DNA of 64,000 nucleotides from an uncultured Gammaproteobacteria bacterium. GTDB taxonomy: Bacteria; Patescibacteriota; Microgenomatia; UBA8517. The stretch is from contig CAZRGC010000003.1 of assembly GCA_964599625.1 (NCBI GenBank), positions 97,759 to 161,758 on the forward strand, in the 5' to 3' direction. Each line of letters opens with the position of its first letter. Position 1 is the first letter of the stretch. Positions 19,501-28,591 of this stretch are shown piece by piece. The notes under the pieces are model-generated. The model ran no database searches. It saw only the letters and a list, made by a program, of their open reading frames with translations, and had not been told where the DNA came from. The translations under genes were made by a program, and so were the position numbers.

Positions 19501-19528
19501 TTGACATGGTGTATTTTTCTAATATAAT
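19501..19528 (+). promoter_or_regulatory. sigma70-like promoter for rpoBC
   Basis: TTGACA (19501-19506), a 16-nt spacer, then TATAAT (19523-19528). Confidence 0.6.
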
Positions 19529-19536
19529 CCCCATTA

Positions 19537-19580
19537 GGCGTACATAGATTGGTACGCCAGTCCCGCTTCTTTGTAGCGGG
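19537..19580 (+). promoter_or_regulatory. two leader hairpins at the predicted 5' end of the rpoB mRNA
   Basis: GGCGTAC (19537-19543) pairs with GTACGCC (19552-19558). CCCGCT (19562-19567) pairs with AGCGGG (19575-19580). Confidence 0.5.
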
Positions 19581-19605
19581 AATTTAGTGTCTTTAAACTA
19601 CAAAA

Positions 19606-22600
19606 ATGAACTCAAAAACTAACCGCAGAAATTTTGGTAAAGATGACACAAACCTCCCAGTCATAAATTTATCAGAAGTCCAAACAGAAAGCTGGAAGTG
19701 GTTTTTGACAGAAGGAATCAAAGAAGAACTCATTCAAATTTCCCCAATTGATGATTTTACCGGGAAAAACTGGCAACTAATTCTCGGAGACCATTCCTTG
19801 GGAGTCCCCACAATTTCTCCAAGACAGGCACAGAAAAAAGGCATAACATACTCCTCACCTTTGAAGATAAGAGCAACTTTAGTAAACAAGAAAAATGGAC
19901 GTGAAGTAACCCAGGATGTTTTCTTGGGAGATATTCCACAAATGACTACCCGTGGCACCTTCATCGTTAACGGAATTGAAAGAGCAGTTATCAACCAGAT
20001 TGTCAGATCTCCGGGAGCATATTTCTCAGGTGAACTCGATCCTTCATCAGGAAGGGTTTTGTATAAGGCTGAAATCAGACCACTTCACGGAAGTTGGTTG
20101 GAATTTGAAGTTACAAGAGGTGATCTCATTTATGCAAGAATTGACAGGCGCAGAAAAGTGTTGGCGACCACTTTCCTGAGGGCAATGGGTCTTGAATCCG
20201 ATCAGGAAATAATGTCTGCCTTTGCAGATTCTGATAAACATGCAGAACATAAATATATTGCCACAACACTTGCTAAGGATTCCACAAAGACTAGGGAAGA
20301 AGCTCTTATAGAAATTTACAGAAAAATGAGGCCAGGAGAACCAGCTGTTTTGGACAATGCCGAAACACTTTTTGCTACTCTTTTTACAGACGGCAGAAGG
20401 TACGACCTTGGTAAAGTTGGAAGGTTCAAGATTAATAAAAGACTTGGTGTAACTCTTCCCAACGATAAGTCCACATGGGTTTTAACAAAACAAGACGCAG
20501 CCGCATCGATCAATTACCTTTTGGGACTCCAAAATGGAAACGGAAGAATTGACGACATTGACCATCTTAGCAATCGAAGACTCAGAAGAGTTGGTGAACT
20601 TGTTGCTGTCAACGCATTTAGAGTGGGACTTTTAAGACTTGAAAGGTCCGTTAAGGAAAAGATGAGTTTGATTTCCCCTGATGACAAACCTCTTCCTGCA
20701 AGCCTCATCAACGCAAGACCTTTAATAGCATCACTAAACGAATTTTTCCGAAGCAATCAGCTGTCAACCATATTGGATGACACAAACCCCTTGAGTGAGG
20801 TAGATAACCTTAGACGTGTTTCTGTTCTTGGTACGGGTGGTATAAACAGGGAACGTGCAAGTTTCTCAATTCGTGACGTTAACGCTTCTCAATATGGAAG
20901 AATTGATCCGGTCAGAAGCCCTGAAGGACCAAACATTGGATTGGTAACATATCTTACCCTTTACGCAAAAGTAGACGAATTTGGATTTATTCAGGCTCCA
21001 TACAAAAAAGTTGAAAAAGTTAACGGAAAAATGAAAATCTCAGATGAGGTGTCCTACCTTACAGCCGACGACGAAGAAGACAAATACATTACCCATTCGG
21101 GAGTTGGAGTCGATAAAGACGGTTTTATAACAGATACTCGTGTACCGCTTAGACAAAGAGGAAAGTTTATCGAAGGTGACGTCGAGCTTGTTGAGTATAT
21201 TGACATTACACCTAGAGAAGTTATTGGTGCATCTGCTTCTCTCATTCCGTTTTTGGCCAACGACGAAGGTAACAGAGCCCTCATGGGAAGTAACATGCAA
21301 TGTCAGTCTGTTCCTCTTGTAAATCCGGAATCTCCAGTGGTCGGAACTGGTATGGAAAAGGTAATTTCGGCAGGAATGCAGAGAGTTTTTACAGCCAGGC
21401 ACGCAGGAGTTGTTGAATGGGTTGACGGGGAAAAAGTAATAGTCAAACTGGACAAGAAGGAAGAGACAGAGCCGGGAACCGAGATGGAGGACGTTGAGAT
21501 TACTGACGGAGGAAAGAAAGAAGTCTATTATCTTACAAAGTTTAAGCGCACTGCTCACTCAACTGCTTACAACCAAATAGCACGGGCAATGCCAGGCCAG
21601 AAAGTTAATGTTGGAGATCTTTTGGTGGACGGTCCTGCAAGTCAGCACGGAGAGCTTGGACTTGGACGTAATTTGGTGGTTGCTTATGCAAACTATGGTG
21701 GATACGGTTTTGAGGACGCTATTCTCATATCCGACAGATTAGTCAGAGAAGATCTTTTGACCTCTATTCATATCGAAGAATACGACGCCGAGGTTGTTGA
21801 TACCAAACTTGGTCCTGAAGAAATTACCAACGACATTCCTAACGTTTCCGAAGCCGAACTTGCAAATTTGGCAAGTGATGGAATTGTAATGATTGGAGCC
21901 GAAGTTGGCCCCAATGACATTTTGGTGGGTAAAATCGCACCAAAAGGAGAAACAGAGCTGACATCTGAGGAGAGGCTTCTGAGAGCCATATTCGGTGAAA
22001 AGGCAAGAGAAGTTAGAGACACATCTCTAAGAGTTCCTCATGGAGAAAAAGGAATTGTAGTTGATGTTCAGGTTTTGGATCGCGACAAGGGTGATGAACT
22101 AGGGGCAGGTGTAATCAAAAAGGTTATAGTCAGAGTAGCCCAAATCAGAAAGATCACAGTAGGTGACAAAGTTGCGGGCCGTCACGGAAACAAGGGTGTT
22201 GTTGCTAAAGTAATGCCAGTTGCAGACATGCCTTATATGGAAGACGGAACACCTGTAGATATTATTATCTCCCCACTTTCTGTTATTTCCCGTATGAATT
22301 TGGGACAGCTCATGGAAGCACATCTCGGATGGGCACTTCTTAAAAAAGGTGACAAAGCTGCACTCCCTGTTTTTGACAAGATTGGTGCAGACACAATTAC
22401 AAATGAGCTTAAAGATGCCGGTCTTCCTGTAACAGGAAAAACACGACTTTATGACGGTAGAACCGGTGAGCCGTTCAAAGAGGATACTGTGGTCGGAGTT
22501 TCATACATCATGAAGCTTATCCACATGGTGGAGGACAAGACTCATGCACGCTCAACAGGTCCGTACTCACTGGTTACACAACAGCCGTTGGGAGGAAAAG

Positions 22601-22974
22601 CTCAAATGGGAGGTCAGAGACTTGGAGAAATGGAAGTCTGGGCACTCGAGGCACACCGTGCCAGCCATACATTGCAGGAAATGCTTACCATTAAATCCGA
22701 CGATGTGTTAGGGCGTGCCAAAGCATTCGAAGCAATTGTCAAAGGAATTGATATTCCAGAAGCAACAATACCAGAGTCGTTTAAGGTTTTGGTTAGGGAA
22801 CTTAACTCATTGGGTCTTGCAATTGACCCTAAAGGAGTTAGCCTTGCAAAGGTAGAGGAAACATCAACAGACGAAGGGGCGATTCTTGCAGAAGCAGCCG
22901 GAGCTGAATTGGTTGCAACAGAAGAACTTTTAGCCAAAGACAGTCCAATGGAAGTCGAGGAGGCGGCAGTCTAA
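19606..22974 (+). CDS. rpoB: DNA-directed RNA polymerase subunit beta
   Basis: 1122 aa with GDKVAGRHGNKGVV and RSTGPYSLVTQQPLGGKAQMGGQRLGEMEVWALEA. Confidence 0.98.
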   Translation: MNSKTNRRNFGKDDTNLPVINLSEVQTESWKWFLTEGIKEELIQISPIDDFTGKNWQLILGDHSLGVPTISPRQAQKKGITYSSPLKIRATLVNKKNGREVTQDVFLGDIPQMTTRGTFIVNGIERAVINQIVRSPGAYFSGELDPSSGRVLYKAEIRPLHGSWLEFEVTRGDLIYARIDRRRKVLATTFLRAMGLESDQEIMSAFADSDKHAEHKYIATTLAKDSTKTREEALIEIYRKMRPGEPAVLDNAETLFATLFTDGRRYDLGKVGRFKINKRLGVTLPNDKSTWVLTKQDAAASINYLLGLQNGNGRIDDIDHLSNRRLRRVGELVAVNAFRVGLLRLERSVKEKMSLISPDDKPLPASLINARPLIASLNEFFRSNQLSTILDDTNPLSEVDNLRRVSVLGTGGINRERASFSIRDVNASQYGRIDPVRSPEGPNIGLVTYLTLYAKVDEFGFIQAPYKKVEKVNGKMKISDEVSYLTADDEEDKYITHSGVGVDKDGFITDTRVPLRQRGKFIEGDVELVEYIDITPREVIGASASLIPFLANDEGNRALMGSNMQCQSVPLVNPESPVVGTGMEKVISAGMQRVFTARHAGVVEWVDGEKVIVKLDKKEETEPGTEMEDVEITDGGKKEVYYLTKFKRTAHSTAYNQIARAMPGQKVNVGDLLVDGPASQHGELGLGRNLVVAYANYGGYGFEDAILISDRLVREDLLTSIHIEEYDAEVVDTKLGPEEITNDIPNVSEAELANLASDGIVMIGAEVGPNDILVGKIAPKGETELTSEERLLRAIFGEKAREVRDTSLRVPHGEKGIVVDVQVLDRDKGDELGAGVIKKVIVRVAQIRKITVGDKVAGRHGNKGVVAKVMPVADMPYMEDGTPVDIIISPLSVISRMNLGQLMEAHLGWALLKKGDKAALPVFDKIGADTITNELKDAGLPVTGKTRLYDGRTGEPFKEDTVVGVSYIMKLIHMVEDKTHARSTGPYSLVTQQPLGGKAQMGGQRLGEMEVWALEAHRASHTLQEMLTIKSDDVLGRAKAFEAIVKGIDIPEATIPESFKVLVRELNSLGLAIDPKGVSLAKVEETSTDEGAILAEAAGAELVATEELLAKDSPMEVEEAAV

Positions 22975-23023
22975 AAAAATTGAAGCTTAACCAAGGCTAA
23001 AAATTTGGTAAAATACGAAAATT

Positions 23024-26000
23024 ATGGAACAAATGGCAGATCTAAAAAACTTAGCAGACTTTAAGAGTCTTTTGGTGCGTTTCGCGTCACCGGAAGAAAT
23101 CAGAGCTTGGAGCCGTGGAGAAATAACCAAACCCGAGACAATCAACTACAGAACCCTCAAGCCGGAGAAAGATGGACTTTTTGACGAAAGGATCTTTGGA
23201 CCTACAAAAGATTGGGAGTGTTATTGTGGTAAGTACAAGAGGATTAGATACAAAGGAGTTATTTGTGATAAATGTGGTGTCGAAGTCACCCAATCTCGTG
23301 TTAGACGCGAAAGAATGGGTCATATCACACTTGCTTCGCCGGTTGCACATGTCTGGTTCTTTAAAGGTGCACCTTCAAAGATCTCACTTCTTTTAGGGGT
23401 TGCTCCAAGAGGAATTGAACAAGTGGTCTATTTTGCAAGATATTTGGTCACTGAAGTAGACGAAGAGAAGAAGAAAGATGCCATGAAGAGCATTGAGAAT
23501 GCCAAGAATGAAAGACTCGACGAAATCGCAGAAGGTTTTAAATCCAGAAAAGATGCACTCAAGCAAGAAGAGAAAGAAGCTAAGGACAAAATATCTGCAA
23601 AAATCAAAGACAAAGAACAGGCGTCATTAGCCATAAGTGAAATCGAGCTTTCATTAAGAAAGAAAGAAGCTGCAGTAGGCGAAGAAGAAAAAGGTACTAT
23701 TTCCAAAACAGAACAGCTTTTTGAAAATCTTAACCTTGTAATTAAAAGCCTTAAACCTCTTAGTATTCTTTCTGAAGAAGAATACGATGAGCTTTATCAG
23801 CATGGTGCAGCAGATTTCTTTACAGCCAAAATGGGTGCTGACGCAGTATTGGAAGCCGTATCCAAACTTAATTTGGAAGAAATAGTCAAACCTTTGAGAG
23901 AAGAAATCACAACAATTAAGGGTGGAAGTAGCAAGTATGTGAAATTGGTTAAAAGACTCAAGCTTATAGAAGGACTCAAAAGAGCAAAGGTAAATCCTTC
24001 GTGGATGGTTCTTAAGGTTCTTCCGGTGCTTCCGCCAGACTTGAGACCAATGGTTCAACTTTCAGGCGGGAGATTTGCAACAAGCGATCTTAACGATCTT
24101 TATAGAAGAGTAATCAACAGAAACAACAGATTAAAACATCTTATTAGTCTTGGTGCCCCCGAAATTATCTTGAGAAACGAAAAGAGAATGTTGCAGGAAG
24201 CAGTCGACTCTTTGATTGATGCATCCCAAAGAAAGGCAACAAGAAAGTCCCGAGGTAGACAACCATTAAGGTCGCTTTCCGACATGCTTCGTGGTAAACA
24301 GGGAAGATTCAGACAAAACCTTTTGGGTAAACGTGTCGACTATTCCGGCAGGAGCGTCATCATCGTCGGACCCGAACTCAAACTCACTCAGTGCGGACTT
24401 CCCAAAGATATGGCTCTTGAAATGTTTAAGCCTTTTGTTCTTCGTGAAATGATTGCCAGAGGAATTGCACCCAACGTAAAAAGTGCCAAAAACATGCTCG
24501 AAAGACGACCTCCCGAGGTGTTTGATATTTTGGAAGAAATCACCAAAGATCATCCTGTGCTTTTGAATCGTGCGCCAACTTTGCACAAACTTTCAATTCA
24601 GGCTTTTTATCCTGTTCTTATTGAAGGGAGCGCAATAAGACTTCATCCTGCAGTTTGTAGCGGATTTAACGCAGACTTTGACGGAGACCAGATGGCTGTA
24701 CACGTTCCACTTTCAAAACAGGCTATCGAAGAGGCCAGAGCCTTGATGCTTCCATCCAACAACTTGCTTAGACCTGCTGACGGATCTCCTGTTGCCACCC
24801 CTTCGTCTAAAGAAATTGCTTTGGGCGCTTATTATCTCACCAGTGATGACGACAGAATTCCGATGGGTGAAACTGTTTTTTCAGACAAAGACGAAGCCAT
24901 ATATGCATATCAGTGTGGACGAATTGAGGTAAGGCAAAAAATAAACGTTTATATGAGTGGCAAAATAGTTACAACAACAGTTGGAAGAATTCTTTTCAAC
25001 GAAGTTTTGCCAGAGAACTTTGATTATGTGAACGAGGCGGCGACATCATCGCTCATCAAGGGACTATTCGTAAAAGCTTATGCCACAGTATCCAAAGATA
25101 GAGTTGTTCAAATGGTAGACGACATTAAAGACCTCGGATTTTTGGGAGGGACAATGTCTGGTATATCTTTTGGAGTGTTTGATGCCAAAGTCTATCCCGG
25201 AAAAGCAGATGTTCTTAAAGAAGCAGATGCAAAAGTTGCCGAAATCGAAGACAACTTTGATCAGGGGCTTATCACAGCAGAAGAGAAAAAGCGCCTTACT
25301 CAGGAAGTTTGGATCGACGTTTCTGAGGACTTGGCAGACAAGACTTGGAACGAAATGGAGCCCACAAACCCAATTAGGGTTGTTATTGATGCAAAAGTAG
25401 GTCGTGCAAGCAAAGATCAAGTTAAACAGCTTGCAGCCATCCGCGGACTTGTTGTTGACCCGCTTGGAAAAATCGTTGAACTTCCTATTAAGTCCAACTT
25501 CAGGGAAGGACTTTCGATATTTGAATATGTTACATCATCTCGTGGTTCCAGAAAGGGTCTTACCGATACAGCTATCAAAACCGCCGACGCAGGTTATCTT
25601 ACACGCCGTTTGGTAGACGTTGCTCATGACGTGATCATTAGACTCGAAGATTGTGAAGCCAAAGAAGGACTAATCATTAAAAGAGACATCAGGACACCGG
25701 CATTTTATGCCAGAATCCTTGGAAGGTTTGCAGCAAAAGATGTTGTAGGGAAAGATGGGAAGAAAGTTTTGGTTCCCGCCGGCGAGCTTATTGACGAAGA
25801 AAAAGCAAAAATGATCGACGAAAGTGGAATTTCAGAACTTACTTTGAGATCTCCTCTGGAGTGCAGGGCCAGATATGGAATGTGTGCCAAGTGTTACGGA
25901 TGGGATTTGGGTACCAAGAAAGTTGTTGATTTGGGAATGCCTGTGGGAGTTGTTGCTGCACAATCAATCGGAGAGCCTGGAACCCAGCTAACACTTCGTA

Positions 26001-26743
26001 CTAAACACGCAGCTGGTGTGGTTGGAGTAGACGTTACACAAGGTCTTCCTAGGGTTGAAGAACTTGTGGAATCAAGAATTCCCAAAGTTGTGTCTGCACT
26101 TTCAGAAATCGCAGGCAAAGTCAGAGTTGGTGAAGCAGAAGAAGGTTGGACTGTTACCGTTGTTAGCAAGGGTACTCCCAAAGAAGAGAAGTCATACATT
26201 ATTCCAAAGACCTTGGAACTGGCAGTGGGAGATGGAGATCTTATAGACTCGGGTACACCTTTGGCCAAAGGACCGCTTGATATCAAAGATGTTCTTTCTA
26301 TAAAAGGGCTGAGAGCTGCTCAGGAATATTTGGTAAACGAAATCCAAAGAGTCTATGAATCTCAGGGAATTCCCATTAATGACAAACACTTTGAGGTAAT
26401 TGTCCGAAAGATGAGTGATGAAGTAAGGATTGTTACAACAGGAGACACTCCTTTCCTTCCGGGAGAGCTTACAAGTCGTGCAGTATTTGAAGAAGAAAAC
26501 GAAAAAGTTTTGGCAGCGGGTGGGGAACCTGCAAGCGCACAACAAGTTGTCTTGGGAATTACCAGAAGGGCTTTGTACACAGACAGCTGGCTTTCGGCAG
26601 CATCTTTTGAACAGACAACAGATGTTCTTACGGAGGCTTCACTCTTGGGCCGAGAAGACAGGCTTATTGGACTCAAGGAAAACGTTATCATCGGAAGACT
26701 TATTCCGGTTTCCCCAGAACGGGCCGCCTTGCCTCAGAAGTAA
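23024..26743 (+). CDS. rpoC: DNA-directed RNA polymerase subunit beta'
   Basis: 1239 aa with a zinc-binding CYCGKYKR..CDKCG, catalytic NADFDGDQMAVH, and the trigger loop/bridge region. Confidence 0.98.
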   Translation: MEQMADLKNLADFKSLLVRFASPEEIRAWSRGEITKPETINYRTLKPEKDGLFDERIFGPTKDWECYCGKYKRIRYKGVICDKCGVEVTQSRVRRERMGHITLASPVAHVWFFKGAPSKISLLLGVAPRGIEQVVYFARYLVTEVDEEKKKDAMKSIENAKNERLDEIAEGFKSRKDALKQEEKEAKDKISAKIKDKEQASLAISEIELSLRKKEAAVGEEEKGTISKTEQLFENLNLVIKSLKPLSILSEEEYDELYQHGAADFFTAKMGADAVLEAVSKLNLEEIVKPLREEITTIKGGSSKYVKLVKRLKLIEGLKRAKVNPSWMVLKVLPVLPPDLRPMVQLSGGRFATSDLNDLYRRVINRNNRLKHLISLGAPEIILRNEKRMLQEAVDSLIDASQRKATRKSRGRQPLRSLSDMLRGKQGRFRQNLLGKRVDYSGRSVIIVGPELKLTQCGLPKDMALEMFKPFVLREMIARGIAPNVKSAKNMLERRPPEVFDILEEITKDHPVLLNRAPTLHKLSIQAFYPVLIEGSAIRLHPAVCSGFNADFDGDQMAVHVPLSKQAIEEARALMLPSNNLLRPADGSPVATPSSKEIALGAYYLTSDDDRIPMGETVFSDKDEAIYAYQCGRIEVRQKINVYMSGKIVTTTVGRILFNEVLPENFDYVNEAATSSLIKGLFVKAYATVSKDRVVQMVDDIKDLGFLGGTMSGISFGVFDAKVYPGKADVLKEADAKVAEIEDNFDQGLITAEEKKRLTQEVWIDVSEDLADKTWNEMEPTNPIRVVIDAKVGRASKDQVKQLAAIRGLVVDPLGKIVELPIKSNFREGLSIFEYVTSSRGSRKGLTDTAIKTADAGYLTRRLVDVAHDVIIRLEDCEAKEGLIIKRDIRTPAFYARILGRFAAKDVVGKDGKKVLVPAGELIDEEKAKMIDESGISELTLRSPLECRARYGMCAKCYGWDLGTKKVVDLGMPVGVVAAQSIGEPGTQLTLRTKHAAGVVGVDVTQGLPRVEELVESRIPKVVSALSEIAGKVRVGEAEEGWTVTVVSKGTPKEEKSYIIPKTLELAVGDGDLIDSGTPLAKGPLDIKDVLSIKGLRAAQEYLVNEIQRVYESQGIPINDKHFEVIVRKMSDEVRIVTTGDTPFLPGELTSRAVFEEENEKVLAAGGEPASAQQVVLGITRRALYTDSWLSAASFEQTTDVLTEASLLGREDRLIGLKENVIIGRLIPVSPERAALPQK

Positions 26744-26789
26744 GGTAGATGATACAATACAGCCTTGAATTAACCTAAACCGATTTATT

Positions 26790-27215
26790 ATGCCAACAAT
26801 TAACCAACTTACCAGGAAAGGTAGAAAAAGAGTTATTAAGAAAATGAAAACTACTTCTCTCAAGAAGTGGTTTAACGCTAAAGAAAGAAGTTTCAAAGAA
26901 AACCCTTCGGCTTTCAAAAGAGGGGTGGTTTTGGCTGTGCGTACTATGACTCCCAGAAAACCAAATTCGGCTCTTCGAAAAGTTGCCAGGGTTAGGCTTT
27001 CCAACAAGCAGGAAGTTACAGCTTATATTCCAGGTGAAGGGCACGAACTCGCCGAGCATTCTATCGTATTGGTCCGAGGAGGGCGTGTTAAGGATTTGGC
27101 CGGGGTTAAATATCATGTAGTTCGTGGAAAGTTTGACACAACCGGTGTTACTGGAAGAATTAACGGTCGAAGCAAATATGGAGCAAAGATGAATCAAAAA
27201 GCAGCAACTAAATAA
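26790..27215 (+). CDS. rpsL: 30S ribosomal protein S12
   Basis: MPTINQL.., [36 protein letters not shown]. Confidence 0.97.
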   Translation: MPTINQLTRKGRKRVIKKMKTTSLKKWFNAKERSFKENPSAFKRGVVLAVRTMTPRKPNSALRKVARVRLSNKQEVTAYIPGEGHELAEHSIVLVRGGRVKDLAGVKYHVVRGKFDTTGVTGRINGRSKYGAKMNQKAATK

Positions 27216-27217
27216 AT

Positions 27218-27697
27218 ATGTCACGAAAAGGACAGTTCAGAAGAATAAAAGCACAGCCCGACCCGGTTTACGGAAGTTTCCTTATTTCCAAGCTCATCAA
27301 CAGGGCAATGTTTGATGGCAAAAAGTCTGTTGCCAGAAAAGAAATATATAGCGCGCTCGAGATCATAAGAGAAAAGATGGGCGAAGATCCGGTTAAAGTC
27401 TTCGACAGAGCAATGGAAAATATTAAGCCTGTGATGGAAGTCAGACCCAGACGTGTAGGAGGAGCTGCCTATCAGGTTCCTCAACAGGTCAGAGGTGATA
27501 GGCGTGAATCTTTGGGAATAAGGTGGTTGGTTGCAGCAGCAAATTCAAAATCCAACTCCGAATTCAAGACATTTGGTCACAAAATGGCCCAAGAAATAAT
27601 GGACGCGGCAAAGGGCGAAGGGGCGTCTGTCAAAAAGAGACAGGATGTCGAACGTGTTGCCGAAGCCAACAAAGCCTTCAGCCATTTTAGATGGTAA
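27218..27697 (+). CDS. rpsG: 30S ribosomal protein S7
   Basis: 159 aa with MEVRPRRVGGAAYQVP and a C-terminal NKAFSHFRW. Confidence 0.97.
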   Translation: MSRKGQFRRIKAQPDPVYGSFLISKLINRAMFDGKKSVARKEIYSALEIIREKMGEDPVKVFDRAMENIKPVMEVRPRRVGGAAYQVPQQVRGDRRESLGIRWLVAAANSKSNSEFKTFGHKMAQEIMDAAKGEGASVKKRQDVERVAEANKAFSHFRW

Positions 27698-27731
27698 ATA
27701 TGGTTTGTCACTCAAGGTGATAATATAAAAC

Positions 27732-28511
27732 ATGTCTGGCCCCGATTCCCCTTTTCACTCAGACTCAAGTGTTTTCGAAACAAAAAACTCTCATATAGAC
27801 ACCCCTTTAGAGACAGTAATAAAAGCGGATTATTGGGCCAATTCACATTATCCTCAAATGTGGATAGCAAAACGCCTGGTTACAACGCACGCAGCTTTGG
27901 AACAGGTGCTTGCGGGAAAGTTGTTGTGGAGTGATTTTTCCACATCACAACTCCCCGACGTTTTTATTGAACCCCATATGAAAGAAAAGGCAAATAAAGC
28001 ACATGCTGCATATGGGCAACCTGCAATAATGGATCGTGATCTTAACAACCTGTGGAGGTCTGATGTAAGTGATGTATCAAATACACTTTGGAATTTGCTG
28101 CCCGACAAGGGAGACCCGTTGGAAATCCAAGACGTAACAATTGCCAAAGCCTTGAAAGACCCAAAAAATAAACAGTTTTTTGGGTCGTTGTTGGGTGTAT
28201 TGGCGGCAGAGAAGTCGGCCTTGGAAAGCCAGGAGTGCCTGGAGATATCAAAAGACCTGCGTGAGTCATTAAGAGACCTTCATCATAAAAAATTTGACCG
28301 CGGGTATAGTTTTTCTTTAAAGGAACAAGCTGACTTAAGGGTCAGATGGAACGCTATTTCAGACCGTCTCGAGTCTGTTTTGCAGCGGGAGCTTTCAAAG
28401 GCCAATCAAAAAGCAAAACTGATGCTTAACGATAGCCAATTGGAGTTTCTAACGCATCAAATCCATGTTGGTTCGAGAGTTGTGGCCAGTACGCCGATGG
28501 AGTCTTTTTGA
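27732..28511 (+). CDS. hypothetical protein inserted between rpsG and fusA
   Basis: 259-aa ORF, predicted helical, with no motif recognised. Sampled 60-nt lines are 50-57% G+C, above the flanking genes. Confidence 0.55.
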   Translation: MSGPDSPFHSDSSVFETKNSHIDTPLETVIKADYWANSHYPQMWIAKRLVTTHAALEQVLAGKLLWSDFSTSQLPDVFIEPHMKEKANKAHAAYGQPAIMDRDLNNLWRSDVSDVSNTLWNLLPDKGDPLEIQDVTIAKALKDPKNKQFFGSLLGVLAAEKSALESQECLEISKDLRESLRDLHHKKFDRGYSFSLKEQADLRVRWNAISDRLESVLQRELSKANQKAKLMLNDSQLEFLTHQIHVGSRVVASTPMESF

Positions 28512-28517
28512 TTCATA

Positions 28518-28546
28518 TTGAGCTTTGGAGTTTTAACTGATAAAAT
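28518..28546 (+). promoter_or_regulatory. sigma70-like promoter upstream of fusA
   Basis: TTGAGC (28518-28523), a 17-nt spacer, then TGA-TAAAAT (28541-28546). Confidence 0.4.
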
Positions 28547-28554
28547 CACTTTTG

Positions 28555-28574
28555 CTTCCGATAGGGAGTTTTTT
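28555..28574 (+). terminator. weak hairpin + T6 (terminator of the inserted gene or fusA leader attenuator)
   Basis: CTTCC (28555-28559) pairs with GGGAG (28564-28568), loop GATA, including one G-U pair. TTTTTT follows at 28569-28574. Confidence 0.35.
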
Positions 28575-28591
28575 GTTTGGATCTTACTTAA

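Noticed and set aside
27705-27729. A possible promoter (TTGTCA ... TAATAT/TATAAA) in front of the rpsG-fusA insert gene.
   Set aside because: The spacer between the hexamers is only 10-13 nt, which is incompatible with a sigma70-type promoter. The gene is more likely read through from rpsG.
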